Below, one piece after another: positions 37,381-50,299 of a stretch of DNA of 64,000 nucleotides; positions within the stretch are counted from its first letter, which is position 1, and every line of letters starts with the position of its first letter. The translations under genes were made by a program, and so were the position numbers. The DNA lies in the NCBI RefSeq assembly GCF_006345805.1, contig NC_043005.1, forward strand, positions 70,866,001 to 70,930,000. Reading direction: 5' to 3'. The stretch comes from Octopus sinensis. Taxonomy: Eukaryota. The notes under the pieces were generated by a model. The model ran no database searches. It was not told the origin of the DNA and worked only from the letters and a program-made list of their open reading frames with translations.

Positions 37381-37432
37381 CTTCTGTACCATTACTGTTG
37401 ATGTGATTGGAAAATATGAACTAAGAGGAAAC
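37381..37432 (-). CDS. Candidate 52-nt host exon (FPLSSYFPITSTVMVQK)
   Basis: Strong GAAG|gtaaat donor, weak acceptor, one open frame. Confidence 0.22.
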
Positions 37433-37552
37433 CTGCATGTTTATGTCACTGAGGATAATAAATTCAAAAGTTTAATTCTGATGTTATAACTGTTTTGGGA
37501 TTAGACTTCTAATCTAGATTTGAATATTTCATTTTTGTATTTGGTTTGCAAG

Positions 37553-37645
37553 ATTCTTTATGCGAGTTCGCATGTTGAAGCATATTCTGTTGTGTCTGGG
37601 GAGAGTCCTTTTCTTTTTGTGCCTTATAATTTAACACACTTACAG
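37553..37645 (+). CDS. Candidate 93-nt phase 0-0 exon (ILYASSHVEAYSVVSGESPFLFVPYNLTHLQ)
   Basis: T-rich acceptor ending gcaag, CAG|gtaaaa donor, open frame. Confidence 0.28.
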
Positions 37646-39251
37646 GTAAAATTTCCACTTATTTCTTATTATTATTTTCCTAAAATTTCTGTTACGTTTT
37701 GCAACCTTTTCAATAGTCTTGGAGATTGCATAAATCTTTGGGTTGACCAAATTAGTTGTGAAATAAAATATTTATTTTCTACTATTACTATTAATATGTT
37801 TTCTCATTATGTGATATTAAAATCCCTTACCTGTATTATATTTTGTCTTATTTATTAATCTGTAGGATTATGGGATGTGGAGGCGCACGGTTTAGTGGTT
37901 AGGGTGTCAGCATCATGATCGTAAGATTGTGGTTTTGATTCCTGAACTGGGCGATGCATTGTGTTCTTGAGCAAAACACTTCACTTTGCTCCAGTCCACT
38001 CAGCTGGCAAAAATGAGTAACACTGCGATGAACTGGTGTCCTGTCCAGCTGTGGAACCCATACTCCATTGAAACCGGGAAACCAGGCCCAAGAGCCTGGC
38101 TAGGTTTTAAAAGGGCACATTTATTTATAGTTTAGATTTATGGGATGCAAGTGCCAGTAACTGTCTTGGGCTTCATTAATGAAGGGGTTATGTACACCTG
38201 GAGACACGAATCCAATTCGTTTTGTAGAGGCTAAATTACTGTAATTTAATAACTGAAGAAAAATAAATGAAACAGGAAGAGACATTTTGAAGAGTTGAAT
38301 TGTGAGAAGAAATTTTGAACAATTTGTTCAGCACAGGATGTTGAATATGTGATGTAGGATGGGTTGGAAGTATACTGAATGAATTTATGTATAAGAAGAA
38401 CAGAGTCTGCAGAACAATTTTAGGACTATTTTCTTCTGTGCTGTCCAGAATATTTGAATACTATGTATTGAGTACACTTTAAAATTTAACTATTTATTTA
38501 TTAATCATTTTAAGCTTTGTTTGTTTAGCTTGTTTACAAAAACAATTTTACTTCTCAAATTTACAGTTAATTTTCACTTTACTCTGTTAACATGTAGTGA
38601 GAGTGGCTTCAAATATTCTTGTTGAAGTCTCTTGTGACTATAATTTCTGTTATTTTGATTTGCTGCAGATCTGCTTTATTTATGAAGCACTTAGATAAAA
38701 TGTAAAGGAAAACAAACTTTTAAGATTAAAACTCATTAATTATACATTCAAGGTATTTGAATAAACAATGTTGGGAAAATATTATACATCAGTTCTTGAC
38801 TTGTTTTCTTGAAATAATTGCCGTAGCATTGTACTATTGTCACACACAGATACTTCCATAAACATATATACACTTACAGACATACTAACAATGCACACTT
38901 ATTTAATTTATTTTTTGAAATTTTCTGTCATACCTTCTGTGAACAAAAGCAATGGAGGGTATAAGTTTCTAACACACCAATCACTGGTTCACTGCATTTT
39001 CAGTGGTAAGAGAGAGATAGAGTGAGTGAGAGAGAGAGATAGAGTGAGTGAGAGAGAGAGATAGAAAGTGTCTGTGGAACTTGTGAGAAATAAATACGAC
39101 AAAGTATTTTTGTTTAAACATTTAAATTTATTGGGTTCCTTAGCATTTGAATGTCTTTTGATTATATATATATTGGCAAAAGATATACCCATACATATAC
39201 GCACTCACAACGACATATATATATATATACATCAATAATAATAATAATAAT

Positions 39252-39290
<39 letters not shown>

Positions 39291-39674
39291 TGGTTGTGTG
39301 GTAAGTAGCTTGCTTGCCAACCACATAGTTCTGGGTTCAGTCCCACTGCATGGCACTTTGGGCAAGTGTCTTCTGCTATAGCCTCAGGCTGATCAAAGCC
39401 TTGTGAGTGGATTTGCTAGACAGAAACTGAGAGAAGCTTGTCATATATATATATGTGTATATATATATGTTTGTGTGTGTTTGTTCCCCCACCATTGCTT
39501 GACAACCGATGTTGGTGTGTCTATATCCATGCAACATAGCAGTTCAGCAAAAGAGACTGATAGAATAAGTGCTTGGCTTAGTACTGGGGTTGACTTGTCC
39601 AACTAAAGGTGGTGCTCCAGCATGGCTGCAGTCAAATGACTGAAGCAAATAAAAGATAAAAAAGGGTATATGTA

Positions 39675-39724
<50 letters not shown>

Positions 39725-40113
39725 ATGATTAGTTATAGGATTCAATTGAGTCCTGGCACATCACGTAGGATGACATAAATTGCTGGGTACAATAACATAG
39801 GGTTCACTATATGGTAAAACGACCATGAAAGTATCAGCTGTTAGTAGGATATTGTAGATATGTAAATACCAAATCTAATTTAAACCATACATTTAATGCA
39901 GGGCTGGTTTTAGGTGTGAAGGGGTTATAAAGAAGAACAGAAATGGGGTTTGAAATGCACAACATCTGTTTTGGTAGAATTTATTCATAGATTACATCCT
40001 AACATATAATCCACTATCTTCAGGTAAAATTTTAAACAAGTATCAAACATGTGGAATAAAACACTGAGTATTACGTATCCAACCAACATTGTTGGACATA
40101 TATACATATATAC

Positions 40114-40160
<47 letters not shown>

Positions 40161-40167
<7 letters not shown>

Positions 40168-40380
40168 AATGTGACCACGTGTGTACTGTTGGCAATTTTT
40201 TTCCCTCCGTCTTCCCTTCTCTGGATCTTTCCTTTTTCTATGTTTCTGACGAAGAGCTCTGCTCGAAATGTAAAACCCTCCTTCCCTTCCTTCCTGAGCG
40301 TCCAATAATACTATATTTGTTCCATGTCCTCGTATTGTTCTGTTTTCTCTTTGTGTTTTCATGTTTGGATTAACTTTATA
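40161..40380 (+). mobile_element. Solo PLE pLTR-like element between two (TA)n tracts, with HHR at 40243-40275
   Basis: TTT-CTGACGA-A-GAGC-TCT-GCTC-GAAA-TG-TA-AAA. Confidence 0.7.
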
Positions 40381-40734
40381 TATATATATATACACATATA
40401 TATATATCAATAATAATAGAGATTTTTTCTTATTAGGAACAAATAGGTTAATAGGACTGCAAGAGAAGTGCTCAAGTAATTGAGACGAGTATAACAAACT
40501 TTGGTTGTAGAACAAGCAACAAATTTAAGGTCATCCACTTAACATATCACATCTCGAACATTTAATCATATGTAAAGAAACATAATGCTTTTTCTTATAC
40601 ATAGAATACAGATGCATAAAATCAGAGAATTTTGCTTTAGCTGTATGTATTGGTTTGTCTTACAAGACAAACCAATCCATACAGCTAAAGCAAAATTCTT
40701 TTTCAGGAACCCTCAAAATACTATTATTCTTTTT

Positions 40735-41225
<491 letters not shown>

Positions 41226-43479
41226 ACTCCAATATGTGGACCCCACCCCAAAAAAAAAAAATTTATATGGACCCTGGGTGAGAAACACTGAGCTATATGA
41301 AGAGGTCATGAAAGAAGAAAGGAGTTCAAACTTGTTTCAAGTGTTATTTGTTTGTATCTTGTGTTGATACATGTTATACTTAAGTATTATATTTTATAAT
41401 ACTTAAGCATTGTTTACATATAATAATATAATACTTGAGTATTATAGACATATAACACGTATAGTACTTAGGTCTTATATAAATGTATTATGAAAAGGAG
41501 AGAAAGAAAAAGTGGTTGGCAGAGAGAGAAAGAGAGAAGATAAGGAGAGCAACACCACCTGGTCCTTGGTTTGCTTTAATCAATGTTTACATTCTTGTAA
41601 ACACTTGGATCAGGTGTCAGATAACTTCATATTTTCATACGCTGCTTCTGACTACAGCAATTCTTATGTCAATACTCAGTCCTTCTTTTCTTCCACCATT
41701 TGTAGAGGTCATTCAAAGATCATGGAGCTCCTGCTTCAGCTCTGAATTCTCCTTGTTTTGACTGAGACCTAAGTAAATAAAAATATGAATAAATATATAA
41801 ATAAATAAATAAATAAAAGAGAGATAAAGAGGAAAATAGAGTTTGAAATAGAGTCAGTATATTTTCCATTCTAACATTGCTACCTGTAGTAGACAATAGG
41901 AAAATATTGTGTATTCCTGAATATTCTTGATCTAAGTTTCAATTGAAATGATCATAATAGGTGCAGGTATGCCTATTTGGTAAAGAAATTTGCTCCTAAC
42001 CAAGTGATTTCTGGTTCAATCCCAGTGTATGCCACCTTTACCATTTGTTTTTTTTTTCCTCCATCTACTCCTGCTCCTCACAAGACAATGGATTGGCACA
42101 GATTGCAGTAACTACAAAGAAAGGGCTTGAGGTGTCTGATTGTAGCTTCTTAGACTAGGCATAAAGTGACCTTTTTGGTCATTTCCAATACTGCAATCTG
42201 TAGTGTGCTAGAAAGAAAGACCTGCTGTTTTCCATCCCTTCAATACATCTTTAGGGCAAAAAGCTCTCAAGCAGCTCTTGCTATCATAGTTGTAACAACT
42301 GAGATATTTGCTACACACCATCAGTATCATGCCCTTTTTTTCTACTCCCTCAACAGGCCACAATTCTAGTATGGCTCCGAGGTATACAAAGGTCATTAGG
42401 GTTTGTAGGTTAATTTTACCCTTTCCATCTAACCACATATCTATACTAACTACTATCACCAGAGGTGAAGGAGACAATGTTATGGCTGGTGCCACTGCAC
42501 ACTCTCTTTGACCCAAGTATTGGAATATAAATGTTAAGGTAGAATATGCCTCACAATTTCAGGTTACGTCCTTGTAAGACACTCTTCACTAAATTAAGCA
42601 GACATTTCAATTTTTTCTGTTACATTGGATGGTCAGTATTTCTCTCCTCTCCATATGTTGGGCAGGCCGTCACCAGCTCCTATGTTGAAAGGAAATGAAC
42701 CCCCATTAACATTTCCTTATGAAGCACAAATATGTAATTTTATTCTTCGCTAATTCTTAGATTACTGCTTATATCAGTCTATGTAGTTTTACCTGGTAAG
42801 AAGAGACAGTATGAACTGACATAATTTTGCCAAACAAACACTTTTTCTTGTAATTTGATTATATCAAGTCTTTGTTTCACTAATAACAAACAGAAAACTT
42901 CCACTCCCAAACGTATTTTTTCTTGCATGGCACTATATGCTTACATATGCAAATGTCATTACTACTGTCACACAAATAGCTCACACATCGTTCATTCTAG
43001 TGTTGTTTTTAATGAAATCTGTATAAATTTTCTTCTTTTGCAGCATGTGTTTCATGCAGAATAATATTTTCTTGATCTTTCTTTTTCTTTTGTATGTTCT
43101 GTATTTGGTCATGTTGGCTTTAAATATTTTACTTTTGTAGAGTATAGCTAAGAATTTTCCAAACAATTCCTTTCTATGTGTAGACAGAATTAAAAAAAAT
43201 ATAGCTTATCTTAAAAGTACAACTTATTTTTGTTTAATCCCTGTATAATAAGAGTTTTCTAACTCTCCAAAACTTTGTGTGCAAATAAAAATAAAAAAGT
43301 CATTTTATTCCATACAGTCGTACAATGTGGAATATTTTGGTTTGAGTATCAGCTTGTCAGGATGTCTGACACATCAGCTCAAATATAAAAATGAAAGTAT
43401 GGTATTATAGTGCCAAATAAGAAGAGTCAAATTAATTAAAATTGAGAATATTCAACAAGATGGAGATACTGAATTCAGA

Positions 43480-44640
43480 GAATAAAACCAAAACCACTCC
43501 TAGAATTACCTAGGATTCCTATGTATGAATGTGATAAGATATAGTACAGAGAAACGAAAATGTACATTAGGAAAGAATATTTTAGAAGTGTCAGGGAAAT
43601 ATTATAGAACTAAGATATTAAGTATAAATATACTAGCCACTTCAGTGTTAAATCACAGCCCCAATATAATGAAGTAGAAATTGTATGAACTGAAAAGCTT
43701 AGATGGGAAAACCAGAGAGCTCCTAATAATATACTGAAGCCTTTTTCTAAAGTTGAAGAAACAGAATATATCTACCTTGTATACAAGGAAAGTAAGTCGT
43801 GGTGTAGACAGAGAACAAGTGCAAAATATCAATTGCAGGACTAGAAAAAAACTTAGAAGCAAGCAAAGTTATGTTAACAAATATAAGGAAACATGTATGA
43901 AGAACTAACAACTTTTTTCTGAATATATTCTTTTATTCTTTTTCTTGTTCCAGTCATTTTGACTGCAGCCATAGCAAAATATGAACAGGAAACTGATTTC
44001 ACTGAAATAACAGGATAAAACAAATAGAAATTTTAGAAAGACAAAAGATAAAATCAAAATGTATTTCTATAGCAAACTGAAGAAAAAGTGAAGAGAAAAA
44101 CAACTCCATGGCCAATATCTCATATTGCCAAACAGAGAGAAAGTTAGTCAATGATGGGCTGAAAATCTCTGAACTAAAATTAGAAACAGAAGGTCAGACT
44201 TAATCATATAAGGTCAATGCCTAGTCACAAACAGCTACAGAATTAAATGACAGAAGACTCTAACTCCAAACTGTAACTGTGAAACCAGTACAATAAGACA
44301 CTGTTGGCCATATCATCTCTATTCGCCCAGTCCTTGCCAAGTCGAAATACATAGACAAACGGAATCGAATCAGTAGCTGTCTGTTGGGCAGCATTCCAAC
44401 ACTTCAGTATAAAAATGGATAAGAAATGGTATAAATATGAAGCAAGACAATACATGATAATGACCTAGCTACAATTATCTTGAACATGCCTGTCCAGAAT
44501 GACAAGAAGATCAAGACAAATCATCATAATATAATAATCAAGGACTGGAAATAAAATATATTCTCAATGATGGACAGCATGATCTTCCCTTGACCAAATC
44601 ATTACATGAAAGGAAGTGAAGATACTATCCATTATACTAA
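43480..44640 (+). mobile_element. Decayed R4/Dong-clade non-LTR ORF fragment
   Basis: IRKEYFRSVREI, KQLHGQY, ELKLETEG, GHIISIRPVLAKSKYI motifs with stops and frameshifts. Confidence 0.75.
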
Positions 44641-44684
44641 TGCAAGAATATTGAAATTGAAACTTTGAAAAATCGAAAGCTTGA

Positions 44685-44972
44685 CTGGCTTCCGTGCCGG
44701 TGGCACGTAAAAAGCACCATCCGAATGTGGCTGATGCCAGTGCCGCCTTGACTGGCTTCCATGCCGGTGGCACGTAAAAAGCACCAATCCGATCATGGCC
44801 GTTGCCAGCCTTGCCTGGCACATAAAAAGCACCCACTACACTCACGGAGTGGTTGGCGTTAGGAAGGGCATCCAGCTGTAGAAACACTGCCAGATCAGAC
44901 TGGAGCCTGGTACAACCTTCTGGCTTCCCAGATCCCGGTCGAACCGTCCAACCCATGGAGAACAGATGTTAA

Positions 44973-45005
<33 letters not shown>
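44685..45005 (+). mobile_element. RTE 3' UTR fragment with internal duplication and (GAT)n tail
   Basis: TGACTGGCTTCC(G/A)TGCCGGTGGCACGTAAAAAGCACC occurs twice. Confidence 0.82.
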
Positions 45006-45007
<2 letters not shown>

Positions 45008-45568
45008 ACAAACAGGATATGAGACGTGAAAGTAAAAACACTACGAGTGAACACTGAAGCACTAAGTATGATGTGCAAAATATAAGCAAAACCATACAAG
45101 TCATACCTAGGCTCACAATATTAAACACAGTTTTAAAAGTAGCTATACTAGGTACAGCATACATTTTGATTAGACATTTTAAATTCAGAAGCACAACTCA
45201 AGCAGCACACTTTCTGTATACATCACATGTTTTATCTTGGCATTTTTCTCCAGTGGTGGTATTAGCCAATAATGGTAATCTGAAATTATCTCTTCTCTTG
45301 TAAGGGTTTGGTTTCAACACAGCAAGCTTTTAAAGCACTTGGCTTTTAAAGCACTGTGCGATTCTGCAGCTTGCATCAGGGAACTTCATTCCTCTAATGG
45401 ACTTATTTACAGTTTTTATAGCTGACTGTGTTTGTTAAAAGAGAAAACATTATGGCAAGTGATGAGCTTCAAAACCACTTGACTAGTTCTCTGATATCTT
45501 ATCGATTCCAACAAATGAAAGTCTCACATATGTGAGAATAAAAAAACGAAAATAGTGTTTCTGAAACG

Positions 45569-45600
<32 letters not shown>

Positions 45601-47689
45601 CTGTGGTTAAAATAATTTCTAAAATTGGCACAAAGAGATATATTTTTAAATGTTAGTGGTTTAGTTAATTGAATCTTTATATATGACTGGTACATATTTT
45701 TACCAGTGTCAAAGAAATAAAAATAGCATAAAACATCAAAAGATTTGGAGAAGGAAAACAAATTTGGAATTTTTCACATTACTGTATGGTGATATATTGA
45801 TTTGTTCTTAACCTTTTATAGGAATGAGTGAAGTTAGTTGAACTGATTGCATTATATTCCAGTTATTAATTTTTCTATATTTTCTATATTTTTTATACTG
45901 TGGTTAGCTAGGTGACAAAGATAGCATTAGTTGGAATTGAACTTGGAATGTAAAGTACTTAAATACATTCTGTATGGAATCTTGACTGATTAGTTGCTGT
46001 TAACATATCTAACGCAAGAAACATCAAATGGTGAGGCAAAGACATTAGCTTAAAGACTAATGTTATTTGAATCGTATAAAAATAATAAAAAAAGCTGTTT
46101 CAACATCAGGTACATGTTAGAGAGCAACATTCTTTTGACACAAAAGGGAGACAAATCTGAGAATGTTTCAGCTTCATTATGACCTCTTCAGAAAAGTATA
46201 CAGTTCATTGTACTTGCAGATGATGTCACAGAGTATTTAAGCTCAGTGCTTTGTTTAGCCAAGTACTTTCTACCATTTCTGTCATATCACTTCTCTAAAA
46301 GAACCATGTTTTACACTAAACAATTATCTTGCAGAGGGATATAGCCAGCTGAAGAAGCTAATGGATAACTATAATAGTGATGTATCTTTAGAATATTATT
46401 TTTATGCACCCTTTTCAAGCCTAGCCAGGCTCTTGGGCCCAGTTTCCTGGTTTCTATGGCATATGTGATCCCCACCAGCTGGACGGGATGCCAGTCTATT
46501 GCAGCATTACTCAAGAAACAGGAAGAAAGAGTGAGAGAAAGTTGTGGTGAAAGAGTACTTCAGGGGTTGCCACCACCCACTTCCAGAGCCTCGTGGAGCT
46601 TTAGGTGTTTTTGTTCAATAAACACACACAATGCTTGGTCTGGGAATCGAAACCATGATCCTCCAACCACGAGTCCACTGCCCTAATCACTGGGCCATTG
46701 CGCCTCCATCTTTAGAATAGGTGAAAAGGAAAGTTTTTTTTAGAAGGATTTGAACTTATAAGATGAAATGAAAGAACTAAATTCCTTCTAACTTTGGCAC
46801 AAGGACAATAATTTCGAAGGGAGGGAGCAAGACAATGACATCGACAGAAGTACATGACTGGTACTTTGTTTCATTGACCCTGAAAAGCAAAGTCAACCTA
46901 GGCAGAATTTGAACTCAGAACATGAAGAGGCAGAAGAAATATCTCCAAGTATTTTGTCTGAGAGGCTAACAATTCCGCTAGCTGGCCAGCTGATGAAAGA
47001 ATCCTATATGTATAGAGTTACTTTAATTGCCTTTTTCTTTTCGTGGCTTGAAGATTGGGGCTGTGCCTTTTGACCTTTGGAATGCTAGATATAGTGGAGG
47101 CACATGGTGTAGTGATTAGGGTAGTGGACTCCCGATCGAGGGATCATGTGTTTGAATCTCAGACCAAGCAATGTGTGTGTTTATGAGCGAAACACCTAAG
47201 CTCCACACGGCTCCGGCAGAAGGTAATGGCGAACTTCTACTGACTCTTTTGCTACAACTTTCTCTCACTCTTTCCTCCTGCATCTTGCAGCTCACCTGCG
47301 ATGGACTGGCATCCCGTCCAGGTGGGGAACCTATTCAGCAAGGAAACCGGGAAACCGACCCTTATGAGCCAGGCATGGCTCGAGAAGGAACAAACAGCAA
47401 AAACAACATGCTAGATATCACTAACGTTCTTACTCGAAATGATGCAAGAAAGGACGAACAAGGTGTAGTAGAGATTGGAGGGTGAACACAATATGAATGA
47501 AGAGTGGAAGGGAAAAATAAGTGCTCTGGAATTGCTTGATTGGAAGAGCATGTGACTAACTGACTCTGAGGAATAGGAACCACTATAAGAAACGGATGAG
47601 AGAAAAGGCAGCATGCTTATGAGTTAGATGTCTTAGTGGGTGGGTGAGTGACTTCATGCAAATCAGCCAAGTGATTTTCATTATCTGAT

Positions 47690-47958
47690 TTTTCAGATGT
47701 GTGTGTGTGTGTGTGTGTGAGTGTGTGTGTGTGTGTGTGGTGTGTGTGTTTTGTGCGTGTTTGTGTGTAAGTGTGTGAGTGTGAGTGAGTGTGTGTGTGT
47801 GTGAGTGAGTGAGTGTGTGTGTGAGTGAGTGTGTTTGTGAGTGTGTGTGTGAATGTGTGTGTGTGAATGAATGTGTGAGTGTGTGTGTAAGCATGTGAGC
47901 GTATGTGTATGTGAGTGAGGGAGTGTGCGTATATGTGTGTGTGCGTGTGCGTTTGTGA

Positions 47959-47991
<33 letters not shown>

Positions 47992-48010
47992 CACGTGCAC
48001 ATGTGTATGT
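47690..48010. repeat. (TG)n/(TGAG)n microsatellite
   Basis: Direct reading. Confidence 0.95.
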
Positions 48011-48244
48011 AAGTATACAACTCCCATTTCTGATACTGCAGCACTACTTCCGTATTACATTGTGGGCCTCACCTGATCTTTGAAAAAGTTTAATATTTCC
48101 TGGTTCTGAAGATGAAGGCCAATTTTTGCAATATATTCAGGACAAGTATTTGTCAGGAGAGATCATCTGAGGTGATGTATTTCAAGCTATCATAACGTTT
48201 TGGTATATGATCATAAGGGATTTTAATATGGTGTGTGATTATAT

Positions 48245-48668
48245 TTTCTTCATAGGCGCAGGAGTGGCTGTGTGGTAAGTAGCTTGCTTACCAGCCACAT
48301 GGTTCCGGGTTCAGTCCCACTGCGTGGCATCTTGGGCAAGTGTCTTCTGCTATAGCCCCGGGCCGACCAATGCCTTGTGAGTGGATTTGGTAGACGGAAA
48401 CTGAAAGAAGCCAGTCGTATATATATATATATGTATATAAGTGTGTGCTTGTGTGTCTGTGTTTGTCCCCCTAGCATTGCTTGACAACCGATGCTGGTAT
48501 GTTTACGTCCCCGTCACTTAGCGGCTCGGCAAAAAGAGACCAATAGAATAAGTACTGGGCTTACAAAGAATAAGTCCCAGGGTCGATTTGCTCGACTAAA
48601 AGGCAGTGCTCCAGCATGACCACAGTCAAATGACTGAAACAAGTAAAAGAGAAAAAGAGAAAAGAGAT
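48245..48668 (+). mobile_element. SINE family A (well conserved copy)
   Basis: GGCGCAGGAGTGGCTGTGTGGTAAG head, GGTTCAGTCCC B-box-like motif. Confidence 0.92.
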
Positions 48669-48699
48669 ACAAATTACAATTTTTTTCTTTTGCTGCTGA

Positions 48700-49330
48700 A
48701 GGAGACAAATTGGTTCTGACTTCATTCAAGAATATTTCCAAGAGTTCTTTTATTGTCATAAAGTTCACATAAATTGTTTAGGTTGTATGTGGATGAAGCT
48801 TGTGTGTGGAAGGCCAGAGAGGAATGTTAAGTGCTATCATCTTAGCAAGAGTTGATTTTAAAATGACAACAAGGAGGTCTTTGATATATAAATAGAAAAG
48901 TATATTGAATAAAACTGAACCTTGTGACTTGCTGGAGTTTACAAAATATGAATCATACAAAGTTCCATCAGTGAAGGAATACTATAGTACACACTGATAA
49001 GAACTAAATCACTCATGTAAACAGAGATGGATTGAGTCCATATTTGGGTAGTTTTGACAAGAAGTTTGCATGCCACACATGGCTGAAAGCTTCCCTGACT
49101 TCAATGGCAACAAAGTTGCTTTCACCAGATTTCTAATGAGTGAAGCCCCACTAGGGAATGACACAAAAATATGGATCCCCAGTGGACTTGGCTCTATAAA
49201 AAAACCCATTCTACTGAACATCAAGGAAGTAGAAAGATTGAAGATGATAGAGAAAGCTATTAATGACTGCTCCATCACTTTTGAGGTATTAGGTAAAATA
49301 GGGCTGTAGTAACATGCTTCCAAATTCATA
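48700..49330 (-). mobile_element. LINE reverse transcriptase fragment (CR1/L2/Jockey-like)
   Basis: ILPNTSKVME, GESNFVAIEVREAFSHVWHANFLSKLPKYG, SQGSVLFNILFYLYIKDL. Confidence 0.8.
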
Positions 49331-49547
49331 GTAACATGCTTCCAAATATTGTAATACATACTTGCAGAAAGTGAGAGACAAATTCAAGAGTTTAGTAAAG
49401 ATTAGAGCTAGATCTGGAGTGCGTTGCATAAGGATAAGAGAGGAGACATCGACAGGATCAGTCATTTAGTTGCCATAAAGTAACTGGAAATACACACTTT
49501 GTATATATATGTTCATTGCTAAACCTCGCTAAGATAAATATTTCAAT

Positions 49548-49616
49548 TACCTGAAGATTGACTGTAACCATAACTCGAATTATTAAGAATTGTACAGCCA
49601 TGAAACGATCGCAGTG
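49548..49616 (+). ncRNA. Degenerate HHR (U16.1 changed to C)
   Basis: TAC-CTGAAGA-T-TGACTGT...ACAGCCA-T-GAAAC-GATC-GCA-GTG. Confidence 0.5.
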
Positions 49617-49998
49617 TTTTACTCTTTATCTTTTATTAAACTTTTAATACTTTTGATATATATTTAAAATAATATAAATTAATTAATTTTATGTATTGGC
49701 TTATGTTTTTCATTGTTTGATTTGCCTAATAGTGGTTTTATCTCTAATTTAATATAATGTATATATATATATAAATTAGAAAAATTAAATTATATCATTG
49801 ATAAAATGACAACAATTGATAAAAGGTGTTTTTTTTTCTAATTTATATATATATATATATATTATATTTTGTGAAATTTGATTTAGTATTTCTAAATTGA
49901 ATTTTTCCCTGTAAGTTTGGAATAATATTCCCTCATATTATTATTATTATTTTATATATATATATATTGGAAGGTTTGGAGATGATGTACAGGTATTT

Positions 49999-50275
49999 TA
50001 TATTAGAAGAATTGAGGTACTCAGAAATTCGGATTGTTTTATATTTACAGATATTTATTTGTATATTACATGTTTTTATACATCATATAACTTAGATCAT
50101 GTATTAGCACTTTCTCCCATTCTAGTGGAGTTTTCAAATCAAACCCCACCAGAATGGGAGAAAGCGCTAATACATGATCTAAGTTATATGATGTATAAAA
50201 ACATGTAATATACAAATAAATATCTGTAAATATAAAACCATCCGAATTTCTGAATACCGCATTTCTTCTAATATA
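49999..50275. repeat. Long near-perfect palindrome (about 277 bp)
   Basis: Arms pair nearly continuously around position 50137. Confidence 0.92.
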
Positions 50276-50299
50276 TATACACAAGCAAGTGCTGAAAAC

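Noticed and set aside
42636-42732. Pro-rich plus frame (YFSPLHMLGRPSPAPMLKGNEPPLTFPYEAQI) or Gly-rich minus frame (GNVNGGSFPFNIGAGDGLPNIW)
   Set aside because: Both strands look protein-like, and the plus version would leave a 27-nt intron to the next candidate exon; the strand cannot be decided without RNA data.
46155-46195. CTGAAGA...GAAACATT on the minus strand
   Set aside because: No stem I complementarity.
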